Shown: positions 32,241 through 42,563 of the stretch, in pieces
How the letters are laid out: every line of letters begins with the position of its first letter
Numbering within the stretch: the first letter of the stretch is position 1
Assembly (NCBI GenBank): GCA_963843375.1
Contig: CAWJKT010000003.1
Span: forward strand, 96,001-160,000
Length of the DNA stretch: 64,000 bases
DNA from: an uncultured Pseudomonadota bacterium
GTDB taxonomy: Bacteria > Oederibacteriota > Muellerivitia > Muellerivitales > Muellerivitaceae
Direction: 5' to 3'
Translations under genes and position numbers: made by a program
Notes under the pieces: model-generated
The model's database searches: none
The model's input: only the letters and a program-made list of their open reading frames with translations
What the model was told of the DNA's origin: nothing

Positions 32241-33363
32241 TCGCAAGAATTACATCTCGAAATCAAAACGATTGGTAGTGAAAATTGGAAGTAGTTTGTT
32301 GACCGATTCGAAAAAAAGGGGAATTCGGAACCGATTTTTGAACCATTTGGCTGCTCAAGTTGAAGAATTAAATGATTCTGGTATCCAATGTGTAATAGTC
32401 ACATCAGGTGCTATTGCCGCCGGAATGTTTGAAGTCGGGTTGGGCAAAAGGCCAACGGAAATGGCGAAATTACAAGCATTGGCCGCGGTTGGACAAAGTA
32501 GTTTAATGCACAGATACGAAGTTGCATTTAAACGGAAGGGGTTGAAAGTTGCCCAAATTCTTTTGACGGCGGAAGACTTATCCAATCGACATCGGTATTC
32601 AAACGCGCATAATACCTTTGTGGAGTTAATTAAAAATGGAATTGTTCCAATCGTGAATGAAAACGATTCCGTTGCGGTTGAGGAAATCAAATTTGGAGAT
32701 AATGACACATTGGGTGTGTTAGTGACTCATTTATGTGAAGCTGATTTGCTTATTATATTGACCGATACCGACGGTTTTTTTAGCGAGGACCCACGGTTAA
32801 ATCCCAAGGCCGAATTGATTTCGGAAGTCAAAAAACTCAATCCTAAAATCGAAAAAAACGCAAGCCGATCTATTTCAACAGTTGGCACGGGCGGGATGCG
32901 GACAAAGATTCAAGCCGCCAAAAATATGATGAAGTCCGGGGTACCTATGCTCATTGCAAATGGTAACCAGCCATTCATTTTAAAAAAGATATTTAATTCT
33001 GAAAAGGTTGGGACCTTTTTTCACCCAGCGAATAAAAAAATGCCTAGTCGAAAACGTTGGCTTACTTGGAGTGTGAAACCGAAAGGTTCAATCATCGTTG
33101 ATGAAGGGGCCCAAAATGCCCTGGTTAACAAAAATAAAAGTCTACTTCCAACTGGTATAAAAAGTACGAATGGCATTTGGGAAAAAGGAGAAGTTGTAAG
33201 AGTTGTCGATGTTAAGGGCGAGGAGATTGCAAAAGGAATTTCAAATTATTCTTCAAGGGAAGTCGAATTGATCAAGGGGATGAAAACATCCGAAGTTTTC
33301 AAAAAACTAGGTCGCATCGTGACCGATGAGGTCATACATCGCGACAATATGGTTAAGGTTTAA
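32224..33363 (+). CDS. proB: Glutamate 5-kinase with PUA domain
   Basis: VVKIGSSLL, VTSGAI, NENDSV, FGDNDTL, GTGGMRTK, IHRDNMV. Confidence 0.97.
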   Translation: MKMTFDRKNYISKSKRLVVKIGSSLLTDSKKRGIRNRFLNHLAAQVEELNDSGIQCVIVTSGAIAAGMFEVGLGKRPTEMAKLQALAAVGQSSLMHRYEVAFKRKGLKVAQILLTAEDLSNRHRYSNAHNTFVELIKNGIVPIVNENDSVAVEEIKFGDNDTLGVLVTHLCEADLLIILTDTDGFFSEDPRLNPKAELISEVKKLNPKIEKNASRSISTVGTGGMRTKIQAAKNMMKSGVPMLIANGNQPFILKKIFNSEKVGTFFHPANKKMPSRKRWLTWSVKPKGSIIVDEGAQNALVNKNKSLLPTGIKSTNGIWEKGEVVRVVDVKGEEIAKGISNYSSREVELIKGMKTSEVFKKLGRIVTDEVIHRDNMVKV

Positions 33364-33500
33364 TTATAAATTTCCAATGATGAATGTTTTTTCGTTGGGA
33401 ATGGCCAAATTTACACGTGAATATAAGTTTTATTTAAATAAAAAAACATTAAAATAAGATCAGTTTCAATATTGATTTTTTTGATTTAGCCAGATGAGGT

Positions 33501-34073
33501 TTGAAAGTGCCGAAAAAGAATTATTATGAGCTCTTCAAACTGTATCCGCCCATCGATACAAACCAACTTCAAGATGCTTATAAACAACTTATTTTTGAAC
33601 ATCATCCGGACAGAAACCCAACAAGGTTGGAGTCGGCCATTGAAGATACAATGGAAATTGTTGAGGCTTACAGTATTCTGAGTGATCCCACGAAACGAGA
33701 AATCTACAATTTTCAAATCAGGAACGACATTCGAAGAGACATTGGGGAATTATTTGGAGTTAAAAAAAGTCTCCTGAAAATGATGAAATCCAAAGAAGAA
33801 GTTGAGGCTGAAGAAGATTTCAAAAAAGGGGTAAACTTTTTTGCGGATAAGGAAAACTGGAATCAAGCCCAACACGAATGGGTGAAATGTATAAAGCTGA
33901 TTCCCGGTTTTGTAAACGCGCATTATAATCTTGGTATTGTGTTCGGATACCAGGGGAATTTTAAAGATTCGGTGGTTTGTTTAGAACGTGCAATCAAATA
34001 CAATCCTGGTGACTTTGAGGCGAAAAAAACACTTAGTACTGCCATGGGTTATGTTTATGGAAAAAAAGTCTAG
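33501..34073 (+). CDS. J-domain protein with C-terminal TPR
   Basis: NYYELF...HHPDRN (HPD motif), EAYSILSDP; TPR AHYNLGIVFGYQG. Confidence 0.85.
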   Translation: MKVPKKNYYELFKLYPPIDTNQLQDAYKQLIFEHHPDRNPTRLESAIEDTMEIVEAYSILSDPTKREIYNFQIRNDIRRDIGELFGVKKSLLKMMKSKEEVEAEEDFKKGVNFFADKENWNQAQHEWVKCIKLIPGFVNAHYNLGIVFGYQGNFKDSVVCLERAIKYNPGDFEAKKTLSTAMGYVYGKKV

Positions 34074-34087
34074 GTTTAGAGGAATTT

Positions 34088-35842
34088 ATGGCGGATAAAG
34101 CTTTGGCGGTCGGTATCGACTTAGGAACCACGAATTCCTGTGTTGCTTATTTAAACGGAGGGGAGCCTCAAGTTCTCCCGAATTCTGATGGTTATCACAC
34201 CACCCCCTCGGTAGTGGCTTTTACCTCGCAAAAAAATTGGTTGGTGGGTCTTGATGCAAAGCACCAAGCCATTACCAATCCAAAGGGAACGGTTGCTTCA
34301 ATTAAGCGTTTTATAGGTCGCAAGATTACGGATGAGGATGTACAAAAAGATAAAAGTCTTGTTTCGTATAACATTGAAGGCTCCGAAAACAGTGACATTC
34401 GGGTCCATTTGGATGATCAATTAAAATCTCCTGAAGAAATTTCAGCCATTATTCTCCAAAAAATAAAGCAAGATGTGGAAATGCGATTGGGGGAAAAGGT
34501 CACCAATGCCGTGATTACAGTTCCTGCGTATTTTAATGATTCACAAAGACAAGCCACGAAAGATGCGGGTAAAATTGCCGGATTTGAAGTATTGCGAATT
34601 ATAAATGAACCAACCGCGGCGGCACTTGCTTATGACTTTGATACCAAAAAGAACCAGAAGATCGCTGTCTATGACCTGGGGGGCGGTACCTTAGATGTAA
34701 CCATTTTGGAGTTGCTAAATGGTTTATACCGGGTTTTGGCCACCTGTGGTGACACCCATCTGGGTGGGGATGACTTTGATCAAACCATTATGCAATGGGT
34801 ACTTGAAAAGTTTTCTTCCGAGCATGGCGTGGACCTTAGACAAGATCCTGTTGCCCTCCAACGATTACGAGAAGCTGCCGAAAAGGCGAAATGCGATTTG
34901 TCCACGGTGGCGAGTGTCGATATAAATTTGCCTTTTATCACTAAGAAAGAGGGAACTCCTTTAAACCTTTCCTATACCTTAAGTCGCAATGATTTTGAGG
35001 GGTTAGTTAATGGATTAGTGGAAAGGTCTCTAGAACCCTGTAAAAAAGCCCTTCGAGATGCCAGTTTAACGCCAAATGATTTGAATGACATTCTTTTGGT
35101 TGGCGGTATGACTCGTATGCCAAAAGTCAGGGAAACCGTTAAAAGGTTTTTCAATAAAGAACCAAATACAAAAGTAAACCCTGACGAATCGGTTGCGTTG
35201 GGTGCTTCCATACAAGCGGGAATTATAAATGGCAATATCCGTAACGCCCTTTTATTAGATGTTACGCCCCTTTCTCTGGGCGTTGAAACTCTAGGCGGTA
35301 CTTTTAGTGTCATTATTCCAAGGAACACTACAGTTCCCACCAAAATGAGCAAGTTATATTCCACTGTTAAAGACATGCAAACATCGGTCAATGTTAAGGT
35401 ACTCCAAGGTGAATCTAAGGCGGCCAACAATAACAAAACATTGGGTTTTTTTTCGTTTATTGGTCTTCCGCCCGCTCCGGCGGGGTCTGTTCAAATTGAA
35501 GTGACATTCGCAATTGATTCAAATGGGATTGTCAATGTAACCGCCAAAAATGTTGCGACGGGCCAAATGCAACAAATGAAAGTTTCTGCCACCAGCGGTT
35601 TGACGAGAGATGAATTGGAAAAACTTGTTCAAGTTGCAAAAGGCCGGGTTATCTCGACTTCTCCCAAGGAAGAGGAACGGCCGAAAGAAGAAGACCGCAA
35701 AAAGAGTGTCGCGTCTTCGCCAATACCAACGAAGACTTTTGTTGCGCCGGAAGCTTCTTCCGAACAAGGCGATACTGAGTTTTTAACCGGAGATATGATC
35801 AATTCTTTTCTCAAAGAACCCGATGAACCGGCGGACCGATGA
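34088..35842 (+). CDS. Hsp70/DnaK-family chaperone lacking most of the helical lid
   Basis: [44 protein letters not shown]-terminal ~65 aa are low-complexity. Confidence 0.92.
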   Translation: MADKALAVGIDLGTTNSCVAYLNGGEPQVLPNSDGYHTTPSVVAFTSQKNWLVGLDAKHQAITNPKGTVASIKRFIGRKITDEDVQKDKSLVSYNIEGSENSDIRVHLDDQLKSPEEISAIILQKIKQDVEMRLGEKVTNAVITVPAYFNDSQRQATKDAGKIAGFEVLRIINEPTAAALAYDFDTKKNQKIAVYDLGGGTLDVTILELLNGLYRVLATCGDTHLGGDDFDQTIMQWVLEKFSSEHGVDLRQDPVALQRLREAAEKAKCDLSTVASVDINLPFITKKEGTPLNLSYTLSRNDFEGLVNGLVERSLEPCKKALRDASLTPNDLNDILLVGGMTRMPKVRETVKRFFNKEPNTKVNPDESVALGASIQAGIINGNIRNALLLDVTPLSLGVETLGGTFSVIIPRNTTVPTKMSKLYSTVKDMQTSVNVKVLQGESKAANNNKTLGFFSFIGLPPAPAGSVQIEVTFAIDSNGIVNVTAKNVATGQMQQMKVSATSGLTRDELEKLVQVAKGRVISTSPKEEERPKEEDRKKSVASSPIPTKTFVAPEASSEQGDTEFLTGDMINSFLKEPDEPADR

Positions 35843-36462
35843 AATCTGTTGCATTATTTGGCGGGACTTTTAATCCAATTCATTTTGGGCACTTAGCTAT
35901 CGCGGAAGAAGTTCGAAATAAGCATAATATCGATAAAGTTATATTTGTTCCGACTAATCTTCCACCACACAAAGATTCCACTGATTTGGCCGATGCTAAA
36001 AAAAGATTAATTATGACTCACTTGGCAACGGTCAGTAATCCTTGTTTTGAAACCTCATCCTTTGAAATAGATCGGGGCGGAAAATCTTATTCCATAGATA
36101 CGGTTAAATATTTTTATCAGCTTTTTAAAGGAAAAGCCGAATTATATTTCATTATTGGGGCGGATATGTTGACGGAAATTTCAGCTTGGAAAAACATTGA
36201 CGAACTTTTAAAAATGTGTCGGTTTATTGCTGTTTCGCGTGCGGGTTATGATGTTCAAAAAATTTTTAACCGCCATTTTTTGACTTCGGAAAATTACGTT
36301 GTTGCTTCAGAGCTTTTGGAGAACATTATCATTGAAGAAATGCCCATACTGGATATTAGCGCGACCAATATTCGGCGGCGGGTTACGGAATGGAAAAGCA
36401 TAAAATATTTGGTTCCTGAATCCGTGGAACAGTTTATCCATAATCAACAACTTTATCTTTAA
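35839..36462 (+). CDS. nadD: Nicotinate-nucleotide adenylyltransferase
   Basis: FGGTFNPIHFGH, PPHK, IIGAD, ISATNIR. Confidence 0.95.
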   Translation: MKSVALFGGTFNPIHFGHLAIAEEVRNKHNIDKVIFVPTNLPPHKDSTDLADAKKRLIMTHLATVSNPCFETSSFEIDRGGKSYSIDTVKYFYQLFKGKAELYFIIGADMLTEISAWKNIDELLKMCRFIAVSRAGYDVQKIFNRHFLTSENYVVASELLENIIIEEMPILDISATNIRRRVTEWKSIKYLVPESVEQFIHNQQLYL

Positions 36463-36476
36463 ACAAAGAGGAATCG

Positions 36477-36743
36477 ATGCAACTGATTAACTTTATGGAA
36501 GATGCTGTTAAGAGGGTTTTCGAGGAGCTCTTAAAAGAGCCGACCTATCGGTCCATCCAGTTTGATGAAAAGACAAAGTTAGACATAATAGCTTTTACCT
36601 TGAATCATTTGCCTCCCCGATATGTCGTGAGCGAAAAAGGACACCTTTATACAAGAGTCGATGAGTTGCGACAGCAATTCAAAACGGATATTATTGTTGA
36701 GTTAACCATCGCGATAAACCAGGTTAAAGCCAATCCCCGATAG
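36477..36743 (+). CDS. Late competence development ComFB family protein
   Basis: LINFMEDAV, DIIAFTLNHLPPRYVV, C-terminal VKANPR. Confidence 0.8.
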   Translation: MQLINFMEDAVKRVFEELLKEPTYRSIQFDEKTKLDIIAFTLNHLPPRYVVSEKGHLYTRVDELRQQFKTDIIVELTIAINQVKANPR

Positions 36744-36751
36744 GAATTTAA

Positions 36752-37084
36752 GTGAAAAAATCTAATCCCGAAATGGTTCAAAAAATTATTCGGGCCCTTG
36801 AAGAAAAGAAGGCTGTTGATATCCAAGTGTTGGATATCCGTGATATTGCTTCATATGCGGATTATTTAGTCATTTGTTCCGGGACATCAACAACCCATGT
36901 AAGTGCGCTTGTGGACAATATTGTTAAAGTCTTTTCTAAACAAGACGGCCCTGTTTACCTAAACTCATCAAAAGATAACAGTTGGTGGATATTGGATTTT
37001 GTGGATACGGTTGTCCATGTTTTCAATGAGACTACGCGAAGTTATTACGATCTTGAACGGTTATGGTTGGATGCTAAAAAGTGA
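36752..37084 (+). CDS. rsfS: Ribosome silencing factor
   Basis: EKKAVDIQVLD, DYLVICSG, WWILDFVDTVVHVF, YDLERLW. Confidence 0.95.
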   Translation: MKKSNPEMVQKIIRALEEKKAVDIQVLDIRDIASYADYLVICSGTSTTHVSALVDNIVKVFSKQDGPVYLNSSKDNSWWILDFVDTVVHVFNETTRSYYDLERLWLDAKK

Positions 37085-37387
37085 AAAACCTCATTATTCT
37101 TAACTTTTTAGCCATTTGATTTTCAAAATGGCCCACTTCCTATCAAATGGTAATTAAAACTAGTAAAAAAGCCTTTGTTTATCCGCCTTTAAGCTTCAAT
37201 CATAAAATCCCTGACTTTGACCCCTTTTTTCCTATTTCTTTGGCTCCGGCTTGCGTAAAGTGGCCTTTGTGTTGCTTTATTACAAAAGATGTTGTAATAT
37301 GCCAAGGTTAACTGTTTTACCTCCGTATCTGCAAGTACATCCTGGTAAAGCAAGAAGACCCATTCCTGCCAGGAGGAACCACCGAAT

Positions 37388-40300
37388 TTGAGCTTTATTT
37401 TTACTTATTCTCGAAAAGTGCACAAAGACAGTCCTCTTATCGGTAATATTTCCATGTTTTTGCGGCCCTTTTTGAGATTTATTCAAAATAACTGCTTTCT
37501 TCAAAATAATTTTTTGTTCTCTTTGAGGATAGCGGTTCTAGGCTTATTGCTAGGGGTTATCCCGACACATGGATACGCCGTATGTGGCGTCACTCTCGAT
37601 TCAGAAACAACCTTTAATGGCGATGCTTCCGCGACCGGTGGAGTCACTTTTTCCCATACCGTTAGTGGTACCAATACCTTTTTGCTTGTCCAGGTTTGGA
37701 TCGGTGCGCATGGGGCCACGGATACGGTGGCATCCATAACTTATGGCGGAAAATCTTTAACCCGGTTGATGGAAGAACAAGATACAAACGACACCAATCA
37801 CGGCAGTTTGGAAAACTGGTATTTGACAGGGCCGGCTGCGGGAACTGCCAACGTAGTCGTTACCATTAACGATTTGACGGGTCCAGCCATGCTCGTCGGA
37901 GCCATTAGCTACGATGGAGCGAACCAAGCTGGACCCATTGGAAGTTACTTTCAGGAAGTGTTTCCGGACGACTCAACAACTTATGGGCTTAGTGTCACCA
38001 CTCAGGCACCGAACGATCTTCTCGCCGATTTTTTGGTGGTCAATGAAAGCGCTGATACCATTACATTAGGCTCGTTACAGACCCAGGTTTGGCTTCAACA
38101 AAATACGGTTACCACCAATGAAGCTGAAGCGGACGATTTACCTACCACCGCGACAGGAACCTACCCGGTGACCTATACTTTGGCTTTGGAGCATTCGGCA
38201 GATATCCAATCGTTGGAAATCGTATCATCATGCAATTCCACAGCTACGCCTACCGCCACCCCTTCAGGTACACCGACTAATACCCCGACCAAGACCCCAA
38301 CTTATACCATTACTCAAACACCGACCAACACCCCTAGCTATACTATTACTCAAACGCCGACCAAAACCACTACCAACACCATTACTGAAACTCTAACCAA
38401 TACGGCAACAAACACTCCGACGAACACGATTACTGAAACACTGACTAAAACGCCAACGAATACTCCGACCAATACGATTACTCAAACGCTAACTAACACC
38501 GCCACGAACACACCGACGAACACCATTACTGAAACACTGACCAAAACTGCCACTAATACTCCGACCAACACGATTACTCAAACGCTGACTAACACCGCCA
38601 CGAACACACCGACGAACACCATTACTGAAACACTGACTAATACGGCGACGAACACCCCGACTAATACGATAACTGAAACGCTGACTAACACTGCCACGAA
38701 CACACCGACGAACACCATTACTGAAACACTGACCAAAACTGCCACTAATACTCCGACCAATACGATTACTCAAACGCTGACAAACACCGCCACGAACACT
38801 CCGACAAACACCATTACTGAAACACTGACCAATACGGCGACGAACACCCCGACTAATACGATAACTGAAACGCTGACTAACACTGCCACGAACACACCGA
38901 CGAACACCATTACTGAAACACTGACCAAAACTACCACTAATACTCCGACCAATACGATTACTCAAACGCTGACTAACACTGCCACGAACACTCCGACAAA
39001 CACCATTACTGAAACACTGACCAATACGGCGACGAACACCCCGACTAATACGATTACTCAAACGCTGACTAACACTGCCACGAACACACCGACGAACACC
39101 ATTACTGAAACACTGACCAAAACTGCCACTAATACTCCGACCAATACGATTACTCAAACGCTGACTAACACTGCCACGAACACTCCGACAAACACCATTA
39201 CTGAAACACTGACCAATACTGCGACGAACACCCCGACTAATACGATTACTCAAACGCTGACTAACACTGCCACGAACACACCGACGAACACCATTACTGA
39301 AACCCTGACTAATACGGCGACGAAAACCCCGACCAATACGATAACTGAAACGCTGACAAACACCGCCACGAACACACCGACGAACACCATTACTGAAACA
39401 CTGACCAAAACTGCCACTAATACTCCGACCAATACGATTACTCAAACGCTGACTAACACTGCCACGAACACTCCGACGAACACCATTACTGAAACATTGA
39501 CCAATACGGCGACGACCACCCCGACCAATACGATTACTCAAACGTTGACTAACACCGCAACGAATACGCCGACCAATACGACCACGGCTACTCCAACCAA
39601 CACGACTACCGACACGCCTACGAATACCACAACGAATACGCCGACTAACACCTCTACAAACACGCCGACCAATACGACTACTGCCACTCCAACCAACACG
39701 ACCACTGACACGCCAACAAATACCACAACGAATACACCTACTAATACCACTACAAACACGCCGACCAATACGACTACCGCCACTCCATCCAACACGACCA
39801 CTGACACACCAACAAATACCACAACGAATACACCTACTAACACCACTACAAACACACCGACCAATACGACTACGGCCACTCCAACCAACACGACCACCGA
39901 TACGCCAACGAATACCACGACGAATACGCCGACTAACACCACCACCGATACGCCGACAAATACCACAACGAATACACCTACTAACACCACTACAAACACA
40001 CCGACCAATACGACTACGGCCACTCCAACCAACACGACCACCGCCACGCCTACGAATACCACGACGAATACGCCGACTAACACCACCACCGATACGCCGA
40101 CAAATACCACAACGAATACATCTACTAACACCACTACAAACACACCGACCAATACGACTACCGCCACTCCAACCAACACGACCACTGACACACCAACAAA
40201 TACCACAACGAATACACCTACTAACACCACTACAAACACACCGACCAATACGACTACGGCCACTCCAACCAACACGACCACCGACACGCCTACGAATACC

Positions 40301-42529
40301 ACAACGAATACGCCGACTAACACCACTACAAACACACCGACCGATACGACTACGGCGACTCCAACCAACACGACCACTGACACGCCAACGAATACCACAA
40401 CGAATACACCTACTAATACCACTACAAACACACCGACCAATACGGCTACGGCCACTCCAACCAACACGACCACTGACACACCAACAAATACCACAACGAA
40501 TACACCTACTAACACCACTACAAACACACCGACCGATACGACTACGGCCACTCCAACTAACACGACTACCGATACGCCAACGAATACCACGACGAATACG
40601 CCGACTAACACCACCACCGATACACCGACAAATACCACAACGAATACACCTACTAACACCACTACAAACACACCGACCAATACGACTACCGCCACTCCAA
40701 CCAACACGACCACCGACACGCCTACGAATACCACGACGAATACGCCGACTAACACCACCACCGATACGCCGACAAATACCACAACGAATACACCTACTAA
40801 CACCACTACAAACACACCGACCAATACGACTACTGCCACTCCAACCAACACGACCACCGACACGCCTACGAATACCACAACGAATACGCCGACTAACACC
40901 ACTACAAACACACCGACCAATACGACTACGGCGACTCCAACCAACACGACCACTGACACGCCAACAAATACCACAACGAATACACCTACTAATACCACTA
41001 CAAACACACCGACCAATACGGCTACGGCCACTCCAACCAACACGACCACCGCCACGCCTACGAATACCACGACGAATACAACTACCTACACCACTACAAA
41101 CACCCCAACGAATACGACCACGGCCACGCCAACCAACACGACCACTGATACACCAACAAATACCACAACGAATACACCTACTAACACCAGTACCAACACT
41201 CCAACGAATACACCGACCAACACGACTACGACTACTCCGACTACTACATCCACGAATACCGCAACCACCACGCCAACCAACACAACCACGGCTACACCGA
41301 CGAATACCGTCACAAATACGCCGAGCAATACCATAACCAACACTCCAACCAACACGACTACAGCGACTACAACAAATACATCGACAGCCACTTCGACGAA
41401 TACCACGACGGATACCCCAACGAACACCACGACCAACACGCCAACCAATACGTCTACAACCACACCGACCAATACGGCAACCAACACCGCGACTTACACT
41501 GTCACCAACACGTACACTGACACACCAACGAATACCACGACCTATTCACCGACCAATTCAACGACGCCTACCCTAACAAATACCCCGACCAATACGGTGA
41601 CGAATACCACTACAAACACATTAACCAACACGACTACAGCGACATCGACGAACACAATTACGAATACACCGGTAAACACGGCAACTGTCACAGCGACGAA
41701 CACAGCCCTGAATACAGCTACGAACACTTCGACTTCGACAACTACGAATACACCCACTAATACGGTTTCTAACACAATCACTAATACGCCAACACCGACG
41801 GCTTCTGCTACCAGCACCTATACGTCTACATTGACGACAACTCAAACCATGACAAACACTCCAACTTCGACTTCCACTCTTACGGTGACCCTAACTGTCA
41901 CCGCTACGATCACCGGCACACCACCTTGCGGTCAGCAGGTCATTACGATTTCTGATGAGAGGGGCGAAAAGGTTGCTTCTCTTTGTGGATCGGCCGTTTT
42001 CCCCAACGGAACAAGCTTCTCTATGACCCTTTCCAATTTTGTCCCGAATCCCAATGGTCCCGGTGGAACCATCTCGATTTATTTGAACGGGCAGGTCATT
42101 GCTGTTTGGAATGTCACTGATGGAGCCGGTAATTTGGTCCCCAACGGCTTTTATCAATTTGTTGTGGTGGAAACGACCAACAATGGAAATGTGATCCAAT
42201 TGGAAGGGGAAGCATATATCTCCACAAACCACGGAGAAGAGGTGTCGCTTCTGGTACTACCCAATATTGGGCACCCTGGGGACATTCTGAAATTTATCGC
42301 TTCTTTCAATGGAATAGCTGCGGATAATCAAAGTATGATAAAGATATACTCGGTGGACGCTGAACTCGTTAAAGCCCTGGTAATATCTTCTGGGTCAGCT
42401 TCCTGGGATTTGAAAAACATTAATGGCTTTACGGTCGCTTCTGGGGTCTATATCGCGGTTCTTGATGGTATTGACCCAGCCAGTGGACAAAAGCTTACAC
42501 AAAGTAAAAAAATATTAATCACTCATTGA
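37388..42529 (+). CDS. Giant secreted Thr-rich repeat surface protein with FlgD-Ig/T9SS-like C-terminal domains
   Basis: Signal-like [19 protein letters not shown]; ~220-aa beta-rich head; ~1,230-aa Thr-X stalk; [16 protein letters not shown] and [20 protein letters not shown]...KKILITH; start codon uncertain. Confidence 0.85.
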   Translation: MSFIFTYSRKVHKDSPLIGNISMFLRPFLRFIQNNCFLQNNFLFSLRIAVLGLLLGVIPTHGYAVCGVTLDSETTFNGDASATGGVTFSHTVSGTNTFLLVQVWIGAHGATDTVASITYGGKSLTRLMEEQDTNDTNHGSLENWYLTGPAAGTANVVVTINDLTGPAMLVGAISYDGANQAGPIGSYFQEVFPDDSTTYGLSVTTQAPNDLLADFLVVNESADTITLGSLQTQVWLQQNTVTTNEAEADDLPTTATGTYPVTYTLALEHSADIQSLEIVSSCNSTATPTATPSGTPTNTPTKTPTYTITQTPTNTPSYTITQTPTKTTTNTITETLTNTATNTPTNTITETLTKTPTNTPTNTITQTLTNTATNTPTNTITETLTKTATNTPTNTITQTLTNTATNTPTNTITETLTNTATNTPTNTITETLTNTATNTPTNTITETLTKTATNTPTNTITQTLTNTATNTPTNTITETLTNTATNTPTNTITETLTNTATNTPTNTITETLTKTTTNTPTNTITQTLTNTATNTPTNTITETLTNTATNTPTNTITQTLTNTATNTPTNTITETLTKTATNTPTNTITQTLTNTATNTPTNTITETLTNTATNTPTNTITQTLTNTATNTPTNTITETLTNTATKTPTNTITETLTNTATNTPTNTITETLTKTATNTPTNTITQTLTNTATNTPTNTITETLTNTATTTPTNTITQTLTNTATNTPTNTTTATPTNTTTDTPTNTTTNTPTNTSTNTPTNTTTATPTNTTTDTPTNTTTNTPTNTTTNTPTNTTTATPSNTTTDTPTNTTTNTPTNTTTNTPTNTTTATPTNTTTDTPTNTTTNTPTNTTTDTPTNTTTNTPTNTTTNTPTNTTTATPTNTTTATPTNTTTNTPTNTTTDTPTNTTTNTSTNTTTNTPTNTTTATPTNTTTDTPTNTTTNTPTNTTTNTPTNTTTATPTNTTTDTPTNTTTNTPTNTTTNTPTDTTTATPTNTTTDTPTNTTTNTPTNTTTNTPTNTATATPTNTTTDTPTNTTTNTPTNTTTNTPTDTTTATPTNTTTDTPTNTTTNTPTNTTTDTPTNTTTNTPTNTTTNTPTNTTTATPTNTTTDTPTNTTTNTPTNTTTDTPTNTTTNTPTNTTTNTPTNTTTATPTNTTTDTPTNTTTNTPTNTTTNTPTNTTTATPTNTTTDTPTNTTTNTPTNTTTNTPTNTATATPTNTTTATPTNTTTNTTTYTTTNTPTNTTTATPTNTTTDTPTNTTTNTPTNTSTNTPTNTPTNTTTTTPTTTSTNTATTTPTNTTTATPTNTVTNTPSNTITNTPTNTTTATTTNTSTATSTNTTTDTPTNTTTNTPTNTSTTTPTNTATNTATYTVTNTYTDTPTNTTTYSPTNSTTPTLTNTPTNTVTNTTTNTLTNTTTATSTNTITNTPVNTATVTATNTALNTATNTSTSTTTNTPTNTVSNTITNTPTPTASATSTYTSTLTTTQTMTNTPTSTSTLTVTLTVTATITGTPPCGQQVITISDERGEKVASLCGSAVFPNGTSFSMTLSNFVPNPNGPGGTISIYLNGQVIAVWNVTDGAGNLVPNGFYQFVVVETTNNGNVIQLEGEAYISTNHGEEVSLLVLPNIGHPGDILKFIASFNGIAADNQSMIKIYSVDAELVKALVISSGSASWDLKNINGFTVASGVYIAVLDGIDPASGQKLTQSKKILITH
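38396..39547 (+). repeat. Coding tandem repeat: 24 x 48 bp ([16 protein letters not shown]) with a 192-bp higher-order unit
   Basis: The Lys-containing variant recurs at 38543, 38735, 38927, 39119 (192-bp spacing) and 39407. Confidence 0.93.
39548..41250 (+). repeat. Coding tandem repeat: ~70 x 24 bp (TPTNTTT[N/A/D]) with frequent 96-bp A-D-N-N cycle
   Basis: Read directly from the translation; degenerates into looser Thr-X sequence up to ~41920. Confidence 0.9.
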
Positions 42530-42563
42530 AAGGAGTGACGGGACTTCATTGAACCCGTTGACT

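Noticed and set aside
38396..41250. Possible CRISPR array
   Set aside because: The units are contiguous in-frame coding repeats without unique spacers, and there are no cas genes in the window.
38489..41845. Long minus-strand ORFs (Val/Gly-rich 510 aa, Arg/Ser/Gly-rich 350 aa and others)
   Set aside because: They are antisense shadows of the ACN-codon repeat in the giant + strand gene, with no independent start signals or domains.
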